Made by a program: the position numbers and the translations under genes. The notes under the pieces are model-generated. The model saw only the letters and a program-made list of their open reading frames with translations. It was not told the origin of the DNA and did no database searches. 64,000 nucleotides of DNA from NCBI GenBank assembly GCA_030594645.1, contig JAUVEU010000006.1, positions 1,921 to 65,920 on the forward strand, read 5' to 3'. Below, piece by piece: positions 47,392-56,872 of this stretch. Numbering within the stretch: position 1 is the first letter of the stretch; each line of letters opens with the position of its first letter. Origin of the DNA: Candidatus Aegiribacteria sp. GTDB taxonomy: Bacteria; Fermentibacterota; Fermentibacteria; Fermentibacterales; JCC-6.

Positions 47392-50268
47392 ATGAAATAC
47401 TTAATGATATCAATGAAAAGCTGGTATTCATTTCGAAATGGAATAGACTCTCCAGCTTCTCTTGCGGCGGCACTTGCTGAAAAGGGTTTTCAGGGGGGAG
47501 TTCTGGCCGACAGAGATGTGGTCACCGGCCAGCTGGAATTTACCGCTGCCTGTGATAAGGCCGGGATAAAGGGTATCCACGGGGTGGAACTCGTAATTCA
47601 TGAAATGAAATTAACATTTATGATATTGCCGGGAGGGTGGCCGGATCTCTGCAGACTTGTCACATCTGTCCATACTCCGGAAAGAATTTCTCTGAAGGAA
47701 GCAATTGAAGACAGTCATAGGCTCATCGCGATCGCAGAGAATCCGGCTGACGCGGGAAAATTTCGAAAAGCGGCAGGATTTCAAGGGAGAATTCTGGTAG
47801 CGGTTCTTCCGGAATGCATATCGGGAAGAAATCCTGCTGAAGCGGAGAAGGAAATTCTGCAAACCGGTTTCGATCCGGTAGCTTCGTGGCCGGTGATGTT
47901 TTCTTGCATTGAAAGGCTCGAGCCTCACAAAATACTCCGAAAGGGTTACCTGGCCATCGAGAAGACCAGGCTCAATCCATCTGAATTCGGCACAGAATGG
48001 AATATCATGCCGGATATCGGCCGGTTCAGGGAGAGTTTCATCGGAGCCTCCCGATCCTTGATCGAAAACGGGAAGCTGGCTGAGATATCAGACACGGAAA
48101 TGTTTACGGACAGAAAAGAAAGGCCGCGCAACCCTGAAGAGGAAAGCGAATTATCAGAAGTGATTCATATACGATTGAAAGATATGTACAAAGGAAGCCT
48201 CATCGCCGCGAGAAGAACGGAAAGGGAACTTTCAGTCATCTGTGAAAATGGTCTGGCAGGGTACTTTCTACGCTTTTTTGAGATTGTCTCCTACGCGAGG
48301 AGGGAAGGAATTGCCGTCAGCGCCAGGGGTTCCGCAGGCGGCAGTATTCTGTCCTACCTGCTGGGTCTCTCCATTGTCTGTCCCATCCGTCATGATCTGT
48401 CATTCGCCAGGTTTTTCAACCGGCTCAGATCCAGCCCCCCTGACATAGATCTTGATATTGACAGCGCGAGAAGAGATGAAGTAATGGAATGGTTTTTGAA
48501 AAAAGCTGGAAGAAAAGGCGCAGCCGTGTCTCAGATCGTAACACACAGAATACGATCCGCATTCCGCGTGGCGGCTTCCGGACTTGGCGTAAGCAACGAG
48601 GAGATGGACGCTCTTTCGAAGCTCCTTCGTTATCGAGATAACGCCGCATGGGAGAAACCCGTGGCTGCCAGGGCTCTTCGCGATGGAGAGATGCTCCTTG
48701 GTATTCCATCACACCTCGCTCCCCATCCCTGCGGAGTTGTCTGCGCGGATGGTTTTGTCGATCTCATGGTTCCCGTTCAGCCCAGCCCGAACGGGTTACA
48801 TATCACACACTTTGACAAAGACGGGGTTGAGAATATCGGGCTTTTTAAAATGGATCTGCTCGGTCAGAGAGGTCTTACAACAATATCCGGTATATGTAAA
48901 ATTCTGGGTAAAAATCCTCTGAGCGTTTTCCGCAGGGGGGGAAGGATTCCAGAAGCGGCCAGAGAGCTGCTCGACAGCGGCAGGACTATAGGTGTGGTTC
49001 ATGTCGAATCACCGGCCATGAGAGGTCTTATGAAGGAAATGAAGATAAGGAACATGGAGGATGTCGCAAGAGCGCTTGCCCTGGTGCGGCCTGGAGCATC
49101 TGCCGGAGGTGGGCGAAAAACTTATCTTGATTGCCTTGGTGCCGGAGCAGTCGTAAACTCCATGCTTCCGGAACTGCGTCCGATTCTTCTGGAGAACCTT
49201 GGAGTCATGCTGTATCAGGAAGATGTATCAAAAGCCGCTGAAGTGCTTCTGGGTCTGGGCGAAGCGTCCGCTGATCTGTTGAGGCGAAGGCTGAAAAGGA
49301 AACAGGTAAAAAAAGAGGAGATTATCTCATTCTGCAGACGCAGGAACATAAATCCACTTAAAGCAGATGCTGTATGGAACGTACTTTCAAGTTACGCAGG
49401 CTACGGTTTCTGTAAGGCACATGCTTTTACATACGGAGCCGTAGCATGCGCTGCGGCTGTTCTGAAGACAGAACATCCCGCTCTATATATGGCTTCTGTT
49501 ATGGCGGCAGGCGGCGGGTTCTACCGTACCAGGGTTTATCTTGAGGAAGCCAGAAGGCTTGGAATCAGCTTTGAGCCGCCAGGCGTAAATACCGGGAGAT
49601 GGCTTTCCTTCGAGAGAGATGGAAAAATAATCCCGGGATTTCATCACATAAAGAGTATGGGAAGCAGGGAGTATGAGAAGTTAAGAGAAGGCAGACCGCA
49701 CCGTTACCCGTCCGATCTGCTGAAGGCGGGCTGCGGACTGGCGCTCTGCAGAAACATGGCAGCAGCTGGCTGTTTTCATGAATTGGGATTTTCAGGGCCA
49801 TCAGCTATGATGCAGCTGGAAGCGGGGGATAGCGGATTTTTTCCCGACATTCCGGTGGGTACTCCGGACCTTCCTGAATATTCTACCAGAACAAGAGTTT
49901 CCATGGAACTCGGTGTGATGGGACTTCCCCTTGCTGCTTCACCGCTGGATCTGATCACCAGACCAGGCGGAACAGTGCCGTTGGAAGATATGCCCTTATC
50001 GGGAATGACAAGAATATGGGGAAGATATGTTACCGGGCGGAGACTTGCCGCTGACGCTGGTTTCCTTATGCTTGAAGATAACACTGGAGTTGCTGATGTG
50101 TTTCTCCCTTCTCCACTCTTCCGCCGGGCGGAGGACATTCTTGTTCGGCCGGAAGCTACCCTTATAGTAAGGGGAAAAGTGGAACACGGGGGCAGACTTA
50201 AAGCATTTGCAGCAGATCCGGGACCGTTTTTAATTAAACCTCTGGAGCCTGAGCCTCCGGGGAAGTGA
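47392..50268 (+). CDS. DNA polymerase III alpha-family protein with DnaE2-like (error-prone) architecture
   Basis: The degenerate PHP N-terminus (SMKSWYSFRNGIDS) lacks the HxH. Palm acidic motifs PDIDLDID and FKMDLLGQ are present, as are GFCKAHAFTYG and a C-terminal OB fold. At 958 aa there is no tau-binding tail. Confidence 0.8.
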   Translation: MKYLMISMKSWYSFRNGIDSPASLAAALAEKGFQGGVLADRDVVTGQLEFTAACDKAGIKGIHGVELVIHEMKLTFMILPGGWPDLCRLVTSVHTPERISLKEAIEDSHRLIAIAENPADAGKFRKAAGFQGRILVAVLPECISGRNPAEAEKEILQTGFDPVASWPVMFSCIERLEPHKILRKGYLAIEKTRLNPSEFGTEWNIMPDIGRFRESFIGASRSLIENGKLAEISDTEMFTDRKERPRNPEEESELSEVIHIRLKDMYKGSLIAARRTERELSVICENGLAGYFLRFFEIVSYARREGIAVSARGSAGGSILSYLLGLSIVCPIRHDLSFARFFNRLRSSPPDIDLDIDSARRDEVMEWFLKKAGRKGAAVSQIVTHRIRSAFRVAASGLGVSNEEMDALSKLLRYRDNAAWEKPVAARALRDGEMLLGIPSHLAPHPCGVVCADGFVDLMVPVQPSPNGLHITHFDKDGVENIGLFKMDLLGQRGLTTISGICKILGKNPLSVFRRGGRIPEAARELLDSGRTIGVVHVESPAMRGLMKEMKIRNMEDVARALALVRPGASAGGGRKTYLDCLGAGAVVNSMLPELRPILLENLGVMLYQEDVSKAAEVLLGLGEASADLLRRRLKRKQVKKEEIISFCRRRNINPLKADAVWNVLSSYAGYGFCKAHAFTYGAVACAAAVLKTEHPALYMASVMAAGGGFYRTRVYLEEARRLGISFEPPGVNTGRWLSFERDGKIIPGFHHIKSMGSREYEKLREGRPHRYPSDLLKAGCGLALCRNMAAAGCFHELGFSGPSAMMQLEAGDSGFFPDIPVGTPDLPEYSTRTRVSMELGVMGLPLAASPLDLITRPGGTVPLEDMPLSGMTRIWGRYVTGRRLAADAGFLMLEDNTGVADVFLPSPLFRRAEDILVRPEATLIVRGKVEHGGRLKAFAADPGPFLIKPLEPEPPGK

Positions 50269-50297
50269 GATTCTAATGAATCAGGAGGGATATTTAG

Positions 50298-52676
50298 ATG
50301 GCTGTCTACTCACTCAAGCCTAAGGATCTGAAGTGGAAGTGCCCTGTGAAGGCTCTTGGATTCAAGACCACGGATGATCTGAAACCCACAGGTGATATTG
50401 TGGGGCAGGACCGCGCTGTGAAAGCTCTTGAGCTGGGCCTGGAGATATCCTCCATCGGTTATAACATGTTTGTAACAGGTGTGTCCGGCACCGGTCGTGA
50501 AAGTACAGTGAAAAGGATCCTGGACCGTATCGATAGAACTACAGATGATTTGCGTGACATAATTTTCGTACGCAATATGGAGCAACCCAGAAATCCTGTC
50601 GCTCTCACTTTCCCGGCAGGAGATGGCCTCCGCTTTGTTGAAGCTCTGGAAGAGTGTGTTCAGCTTCTTAAAAGCAATATCCCAACCGTTCTCAGCAGTG
50701 AAAAAGCTGATTTGGAAACCAGGGTGATCAGGGCATCCTATCAGGCGCGGAAACAGGAAGTAATGGATCTTGTGAAGAAGGAGGCTGAAGATGCCGGCTT
50801 CACCATAGTCAATGTGCCTGTGGCTCCGGGTGAATTCAGACCGGATGTGCTTCCGGTTATCGACGAAGAACCTGTAACTTTCGACACACTCGAAAAGATG
50901 AAGGATGAAGAAAAACTCTCAGCAGAGGATATCAAGAAATACGTGAAGCTGCACGAGGAGCTTTTCAAGAAACTCACAGCTGCTTTCAGACAGACGAGAG
51001 ATATGGAAATCGAGATTCAGATGAGACTGGAAAAGATGTACCAGCGGCTTGTCAAACCGACGATTTCAGGGATTATCTCCAATCTGATTGAAATCGGTGA
51101 TAACAAGGCTGACAGATGGAGCGAATCCGTTGTAGAACTTATCCTTGAAAATCTGAATGATTTTGCGAACAGTACGACCGATAAGGACCCCTATGTACTC
51201 TTTACCCCAAATCTCATTCTTGATAATACAGGGAAAACAAAACGTCCCATAGTAATTGAACAGTTCCCTGATTCCAACAGCCTCTTCGGAAGCATTGACA
51301 GAATTGTTGTCGAGGGAAAGCCTTACAGCGATCACACGATGATCAGACCAGGTGCCATTCATAAAGCTGATGGAGGCTACCTGATAATGAACGCGCTTGA
51401 TCTTGTCAGGCAGCCGGAACTGTGGCAGCAGCTCATACAGACACTCAGAAACGGTACCACTGTAATCCGAAATAAGGACCCGCTCGGACTCTATCCTGTT
51501 AACCTTCATCCGGAAACAATAGACACAAAGGTCAAAATCATACTGATAGGTACTTCAAAGCTGTACAGCCTTCTGGCATCATACGAACCTGAGTTCGGTC
51601 TTCTTTTCAGAATAAGGGCTGCGTTCGATTTTACCATGGAGGCCACTAAAGAGAATATCCATGATTTTGCCAATGTCATTGCGAGGATAGTCCAGACTGA
51701 GAAGCTGGCCCCCATGGATGCCAGCGCGGTTGCAGCCGTCGCAGAGGAAGGCGTTCGCATAGCGGGGAGAAATGACCGGATCTCAATCGAGTTTAACAGA
51801 GTAACCGATTATCTCCGTCAGGCCTGCTACTTCGCGAAGCAGGAGGGTGCGGATATCGTGAGTTCTGAACATGTGAAGAAGACCATTGATGAAAAGATTT
51901 ACCGTCTCAATCTGGGTCAGACATATGCGACCAGACGGATAATAGACAATGTAATCATGATTGATACCGAAGGCAGGAAAGTAGGGCAGGTGAATGGTCT
52001 TGCAGTTTATCAGGGGGTTGATTACGCGTTCGGGCTCCCCGCCAGGATTACAACCAGGGTTTCTGCCGGAAGAAAGGGTCTCATCAACGTTGAGCGGGAG
52101 TCTGAACTTTCAGGCACAACCCATACAAAGGGAATACTGATAATATCCGGATTCATTCAGGGCAAATTTGCCAGGGAATATCCTCTTTCACTTTCCGCGA
52201 GCATCGTTTTCGAACAGAGTTACGGGGGAGTTGACGGTGATAGCGCGTCCTCCACTGAACTGTACGTTCTTCTAAGCGCTCTGTCCGATATTCCACTGAG
52301 ACAGGATCTTGCGGTAACCGGATCTGTCAACCAGTTCGGAGAGATTCAGGCTATAGGCGGTGTAAACGAGAAGATAGAAGGCTTCTTCCGTGTATGCAGT
52401 GAAAAGGGGCTTACAGGAACACAGGGAGTGATGATACCCGTTGCAAATATTAAGGATCTTCAGCTTCGGGATAACGTTATAGAAGCGGTCAGAAAAGGTG
52501 TATTTCATATCTATCCCACCAAGACCATAGAAGAGGGAATTGAACACCTGACCGGAGTTGAAGTTGGAAAATTAATGCCTGACGGTATGTATCCAGCAGA
52601 TACTATTTACGGCAAGGTAGACCGCAGACTCAGGCAGATGGCTGAAACTCTGAGGTCTTTCGGTTACAGGGATTGA
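50298..52676 (+). CDS. Lon-like protease with degenerate Walker A (LonC-like), coiled-coil insertion
   Basis: The AAA-like N-half has GVSGTGRES in place of GxxGxGK[ST]. The S16 protease domain has VDGDSASS (Ser) and GVNEKIEGF (Lys). 792 aa. Confidence 0.85.
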   Translation: MAVYSLKPKDLKWKCPVKALGFKTTDDLKPTGDIVGQDRAVKALELGLEISSIGYNMFVTGVSGTGRESTVKRILDRIDRTTDDLRDIIFVRNMEQPRNPVALTFPAGDGLRFVEALEECVQLLKSNIPTVLSSEKADLETRVIRASYQARKQEVMDLVKKEAEDAGFTIVNVPVAPGEFRPDVLPVIDEEPVTFDTLEKMKDEEKLSAEDIKKYVKLHEELFKKLTAAFRQTRDMEIEIQMRLEKMYQRLVKPTISGIISNLIEIGDNKADRWSESVVELILENLNDFANSTTDKDPYVLFTPNLILDNTGKTKRPIVIEQFPDSNSLFGSIDRIVVEGKPYSDHTMIRPGAIHKADGGYLIMNALDLVRQPELWQQLIQTLRNGTTVIRNKDPLGLYPVNLHPETIDTKVKIILIGTSKLYSLLASYEPEFGLLFRIRAAFDFTMEATKENIHDFANVIARIVQTEKLAPMDASAVAAVAEEGVRIAGRNDRISIEFNRVTDYLRQACYFAKQEGADIVSSEHVKKTIDEKIYRLNLGQTYATRRIIDNVIMIDTEGRKVGQVNGLAVYQGVDYAFGLPARITTRVSAGRKGLINVERESELSGTTHTKGILIISGFIQGKFAREYPLSLSASIVFEQSYGGVDGDSASSTELYVLLSALSDIPLRQDLAVTGSVNQFGEIQAIGGVNEKIEGFFRVCSEKGLTGTQGVMIPVANIKDLQLRDNVIEAVRKGVFHIYPTKTIEEGIEHLTGVEVGKLMPDGMYPADTIYGKVDRRLRQMAETLRSFGYRD

Positions 52677-52689
52677 TAGAGCGGTTCGG

Positions 52690-53871
52690 TTGGATATGAA
52701 TAAAGTATTTACATCCTCATGGGGACAGCTTGAGAAGGCCGGCTCCAATGTCGGTGATGAAGCGATATTTTCATCACAGGTAAAAGATCTGTCCTCCATC
52801 GGAGATATCCGAATCGGCGTTATGTCCGCTGTTCCGGATAAGACAATGAAGGATTTCAACGCGGTTTCATTTGATGTCAATGAAGGCAGGCTCCGCGCTA
52901 TGTCAATGGGAGTGCGCTGGGCCGACATTGTAATAGTCGGAGGAGGTGAGCTTGCGCAGGATGTTTCCTCGCTGCTTTACACTCCATATAACCTTCATCC
53001 TCTCAGGCTAGCCAGACGCCTTGGCAAACCTGCCTTCGCATGGTCAATCGGTCTGGGTCAGGGCGATGAGCTTGCAAGATGGACACCGGGTCAACTTCGT
53101 AAATGGCTTGGATACTGCAGCGGTATTACGGTAAGAGACAAACCCTCACTTGATCTGCTGCTTCATCTTGGTCTGAACCCGAACCGAGTGAAGCTTGCAT
53201 CTGATTCCACGTTTACCTTTGCCGGTGATTTTGCCCGGCCCCATAATCCGGGTGACATACTCGGTGTTGCCATCAGGAACGTTACGAACAGGCAGGGTAA
53301 GCTGCTTCCTCTTGAGATCCGGAGGAAGCTTGGATTATACCGTGAACCCGATGTATCCGGTCTTCGAAGAAAGTGGGCCCGCCTGCTCGATGACCATCTT
53401 GACTCCCGCGGGGGAGAGATCCGCTTTTTTCCCTTTCATACCGGCAGCCTCTCCAATTCGGATGATTTTGAATGCGAAGCAGTGATGGCGATGATGAAGC
53501 ACAGCGACAGGGCTGCCGTGGTAATGCCCACAGAGATTCACAGCTTCATGATGAAAATTGCCGAATGCAGAGTCTTCCTTACCATTCCGCTTCACGGAGC
53601 TATTCTGTCAGTTGTCACTGGAACTGTGCCCATCTCTATTCCATATGCATCAAAAGGATACAGGTTTATGGAGGAAGCGGGAATCCCTAATCTTACTGTT
53701 GACCCTTCTTCTGATCAATGGGATACTGAATTACTTTCACTTCTGGACAGAACCTGGATGTCTTCGAAGGATATTGCGCAGACACTTGCGGTTAAAAGAA
53801 GCGAACTGGCAGAAAAATGCGCTATCAACCGTGAGCTGTTCAAGGAAACATGCCTGACAGATCTGAACTGA
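52690..53871 (+). CDS. Polysaccharide pyruvyl transferase family protein (start uncertain, 52690 or 52696)
   Basis: GSNVGDEAIF and VIVGGGELAQD motifs are typical of the PS_pyruv_trans/CsaB-like family. Confidence 0.7.
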   Translation: MDMNKVFTSSWGQLEKAGSNVGDEAIFSSQVKDLSSIGDIRIGVMSAVPDKTMKDFNAVSFDVNEGRLRAMSMGVRWADIVIVGGGELAQDVSSLLYTPYNLHPLRLARRLGKPAFAWSIGLGQGDELARWTPGQLRKWLGYCSGITVRDKPSLDLLLHLGLNPNRVKLASDSTFTFAGDFARPHNPGDILGVAIRNVTNRQGKLLPLEIRRKLGLYREPDVSGLRRKWARLLDDHLDSRGGEIRFFPFHTGSLSNSDDFECEAVMAMMKHSDRAAVVMPTEIHSFMMKIAECRVFLTIPLHGAILSVVTGTVPISIPYASKGYRFMEEAGIPNLTVDPSSDQWDTELLSLLDRTWMSSKDIAQTLAVKRSELAEKCAINRELFKETCLTDLN

Positions 53872-53880
53872 AAGGATTGT

Positions 53881-54699
53881 ATGCTCCCTGGAATTCATGC
53901 GTCCGTTAACGGCGGCCTGGTCAATGCTCTTTCAGCACTTCATGAACTCGGGCTTTTATCAGGTCAGATATTTACTTCAAACCAGAAACAATGGAAAGGT
54001 CGTCCGGTCACACAGGAGGAAGAAAAGAAATTCGGGGAAGATGGAACCCTTACCATTATTTCACATGCTTCATACCTCATAAACCTCTCTTCAACAAAAG
54101 GCAGAGTCTCCTGGCTGTCCGCAAATGCTCTTCAAGAGGAGCTCATACGCATGCAAAAACTGGGCATTCACTGGCTGGTAATGCACCCCGGAGCGCATCT
54201 CGACGCGGGTGAGAACCAGGCAATAGAGAAGATAGCTGCCTCCGTCAGGAAAATCCTCACAGGCGCACCTGAAGATACCGGCATTCTTTTCGAGAATACC
54301 GCAGGCCAGGGAACAACCCTGGGCTATTCATTCGAGCAGCTCGATAAGCTGCTTAAACTCACGGATATGCCTGACAGAACAGGGATCTGTTTTGACACAT
54401 GTCATGCTTTCGCTGCCGGATACGACCTCTCATCAGAAGATGCTGTTTTGAGAACAGCACAGGAGTTTGACGAAGTTGTAGGTCTTGAGAAAATACAAGC
54501 ATTTCACATCAACGACTCGAAGAAGGAACTCGGCAGCAGGCTGGACCGTCACGCAAGAATCGGAGAAGGATTTATCGGACTGGAACCTCTTCAATATCTG
54601 GCTTCAATGGAAGTATTCAAGAACATTCCGGGGATTACGGAAACTCCTGGTTCTGATATCGATAGAGCGAAGGATGCCTTTGCGGTCATGAGCAATTAA
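53881..54699 (+). CDS. nfo: Endonuclease IV (AP endonuclease)
   Basis: IISHASYLINL, MHPGAH, FENTAGQG, CFDTCHAFAAGYD and FHINDSK...DRHARIGEG. Confidence 0.93.
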   Translation: MLPGIHASVNGGLVNALSALHELGLLSGQIFTSNQKQWKGRPVTQEEEKKFGEDGTLTIISHASYLINLSSTKGRVSWLSANALQEELIRMQKLGIHWLVMHPGAHLDAGENQAIEKIAASVRKILTGAPEDTGILFENTAGQGTTLGYSFEQLDKLLKLTDMPDRTGICFDTCHAFAAGYDLSSEDAVLRTAQEFDEVVGLEKIQAFHINDSKKELGSRLDRHARIGEGFIGLEPLQYLASMEVFKNIPGITETPGSDIDRAKDAFAVMSN

Positions 54700-54792
54700 C
54701 TTTCCCTGTCCTGAATTTGTGCAGGTTGCAGGACATTTTGATTTGACAATCATTACTTTGCTGATGATTATTGCATTTGAAAGGGGTGTTTT

Positions 54793-55629
54793 ATGAAATA
54801 TTTACTTCTCGTTCTAATCGCACTGATTATCTCTGTATCCTCAGGGATGGATGGCGCCACATCAGGCAGCATCAGGCAGCATTCCGAAACCGCTGGAACT
54901 GATGCCTGGGTTATCAATGTTCTCAATACTTTTACACCGTCATTCACCAGCAACATCAGAGGGCTTGATTTCCTGGAACCCGCAAGCATTTTCTTTATCA
55001 GCGGAGCGCAATATAAGATATTCCAATGCAGTGCTGATGATGGAAGTTATCAGAATGAATTCAGCCTGGATCCGAATAATGGATACCCATTCGGTATGGT
55101 TAACAGTCAGAATTATGCGAATGTGAACGACTACAGTGGTTTAGATATTTACTATTTCGACGGTTCAATCTGGGATGTTTATGCTAACCCTGCCACGAGT
55201 AACGGCCGCGGAATGGACTTTGACGGAACATACATATGGGAATGCTACAGCTCAGGCGGAACCTATGGAGTATACGCATTTGATGAAAGCGGAACCTATT
55301 ATGGACAATGGAATCTTACAGAAATTCCATCACAGCTGAGCGGACTTGCCGTATTCGATCCGGGAACAGGGAATACAGGTATTGCTGTAATAGCCTACAA
55401 TACACATAACATCTGGTTTTATGACTTCGACGGTGCGTCTATGAGTTATCTTGGCATGGCAGCGCTTCCTGGAGGAGCTTCGTCATCACTGGGATTATGT
55501 TACTCAACCACCAGAGGAACGTTCTTCTGGTCTTTCAATTCAAGTGGTGGTTATACCATATCCGAACTGGAAATAACTGAAACTGCGCTTGATCATTCAA
55601 CCTGGGGTACTATCAAGACCTGCTTTTAG
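54793..55629 (+). CDS. Secreted hypothetical protein
   Basis: Signal peptide MKYLLLVLIALIISVSSG. Beta-rich with Gly/Tyr repeats. C-terminal tag TWGTIKTCF. Confidence 0.65.
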   Translation: MKYLLLVLIALIISVSSGMDGATSGSIRQHSETAGTDAWVINVLNTFTPSFTSNIRGLDFLEPASIFFISGAQYKIFQCSADDGSYQNEFSLDPNNGYPFGMVNSQNYANVNDYSGLDIYYFDGSIWDVYANPATSNGRGMDFDGTYIWECYSSGGTYGVYAFDESGTYYGQWNLTEIPSQLSGLAVFDPGTGNTGIAVIAYNTHNIWFYDFDGASMSYLGMAALPGGASSSLGLCYSTTRGTFFWSFNSSGGYTISELEITETALDHSTWGTIKTCF

Positions 55630-55653
55630 AGGAACTGAACGTCATTATCAGAG

Positions 55654-55681
55654 GGCCGGGCAGGCATGCCCGGCCTTCTTC
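55654..55681 (+). terminator. Intrinsic terminator after 54793..55629
   Basis: ggccgggca-ggca-tgcccggcc followed by ttcttc. Confidence 0.6.
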
Positions 55682-55810
55682 AACCGGGAAATCAGCAGCA
55701 TGTCTCATGTCATATCGGAATCATGGTATCCTTTACTCACGGTGTTTTCAATCGTATACTGATTTCTATCTGACGGGGTCTAAGATGTACATATTATCTA
55801 TGGAGTTTAC

Positions 55811-56872
55811 ATGAAACTTGCCATAACAGCCGATGTTCACCTTTCGAAGATTGGTGACCATCCGGAACGGTACAGCGCTTTGGGGGATATACTTGCTCAG
55901 CTGAAGAAGGATAAGATTAATACTCTTATAATAGCCGGCGACCTTTTTGATTCCGGTTATCAGGATTACTCAGATTTCGAAGAGTTGTGCAAGGCATACA
56001 AAAAGATAAAAATCCATATCATTCCTGGTAATCATGATCCCTGCATCTCCAGCAAGGCAATTGTAGCTGATAATATCAACATCTACACATCAGCAACAGC
56101 GATTGAATTCGATGGAGTTCATTTCATCTTCATCCCATACATGGAGAAGACGGGGATGGGGGAGAATCTTTCAGGGCTTGAAAGCAGTATAAGCCGCATC
56201 AGATGGGTACTGATAGGGCATGGAGATTTTTATGGAGGCTTGAAGGAACGTAATTCCTATGAAGCCGGCACCTATATGCCTCTCTACAGGAAAGACCTGG
56301 ATCGCCTGAATCCATGGAGAGTTTTTCTCGGACATATTCACAAGCCCACGAATTACAAGAACCTCTACTATCCCGGCTCTCCGTGCGGACTGGATATCAA
56401 CGAAACAGGAGCAAGGCGATACCTGGTTTTCGATACATCAAGCGGAATCGTAACTCCCCGTACTGTAAACTCGGAAGTTATCTACTTTCAGGAGAAGTTT
56501 GTGATTATTCCGGGCTCTGATGAAATCCCGAGACTCCGTGCAGCAGCAGAATCAAGAATAAAGGGCTGGAACCTTGCAAAAAAGAACAAAGGTAAAGCAT
56601 GTATCCGCATAAGTGCTGCAGGATACTCATCTGACAGAGATGCGGTACTTAAGGCTCTCAGTGGAGCATTCACCGGATACACTTTTTTCAAGGATGAAAA
56701 GCCCGATATAAGCATGCTTAAGTACACGGGCGATGGCCGTAGAAGTGCTATCGCTGAAAAAACCACCAGGATTATAGAAGAATTGGAGTGGAATTTCGGA
56801 GGGGATGAACCGGAGCTGGACAGGGTGATTGAAGCCGCTCTTTCGGTTATTTACAGTGAGGGGGCTTACTGA
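55811..56872 (+). CDS. SbcD/Mre11-like calcineurin-fold metallophosphoesterase
   Basis: Motifs in order: ADVHL, AGDLFD, PGNHD, IGHGD and LGHIH. 353 aa. Confidence 0.85.
   Translation: MKLAITADVHLSKIGDHPERYSALGDILAQLKKDKINTLIIAGDLFDSGYQDYSDFEELCKAYKKIKIHIIPGNHDPCISSKAIVADNINIYTSATAIEFDGVHFIFIPYMEKTGMGENLSGLESSISRIRWVLIGHGDFYGGLKERNSYEAGTYMPLYRKDLDRLNPWRVFLGHIHKPTNYKNLYYPGSPCGLDINETGARRYLVFDTSSGIVTPRTVNSEVIYFQEKFVIIPGSDEIPRLRAAAESRIKGWNLAKKNKGKACIRISAAGYSSDRDAVLKALSGAFTGYTFFKDEKPDISMLKYTGDGRRSAIAEKTTRIIEELEWNFGGDEPELDRVIEAALSVIYSEGAY

Noticed and set aside
55745-55765. acggggtctaagatgtaca resembling the start of the MITE terminal repeat (acggggtcggatcttg)
   Set aside because: Only the first 8 nt match, there is no inverted partner nearby, and chance is the likely explanation.
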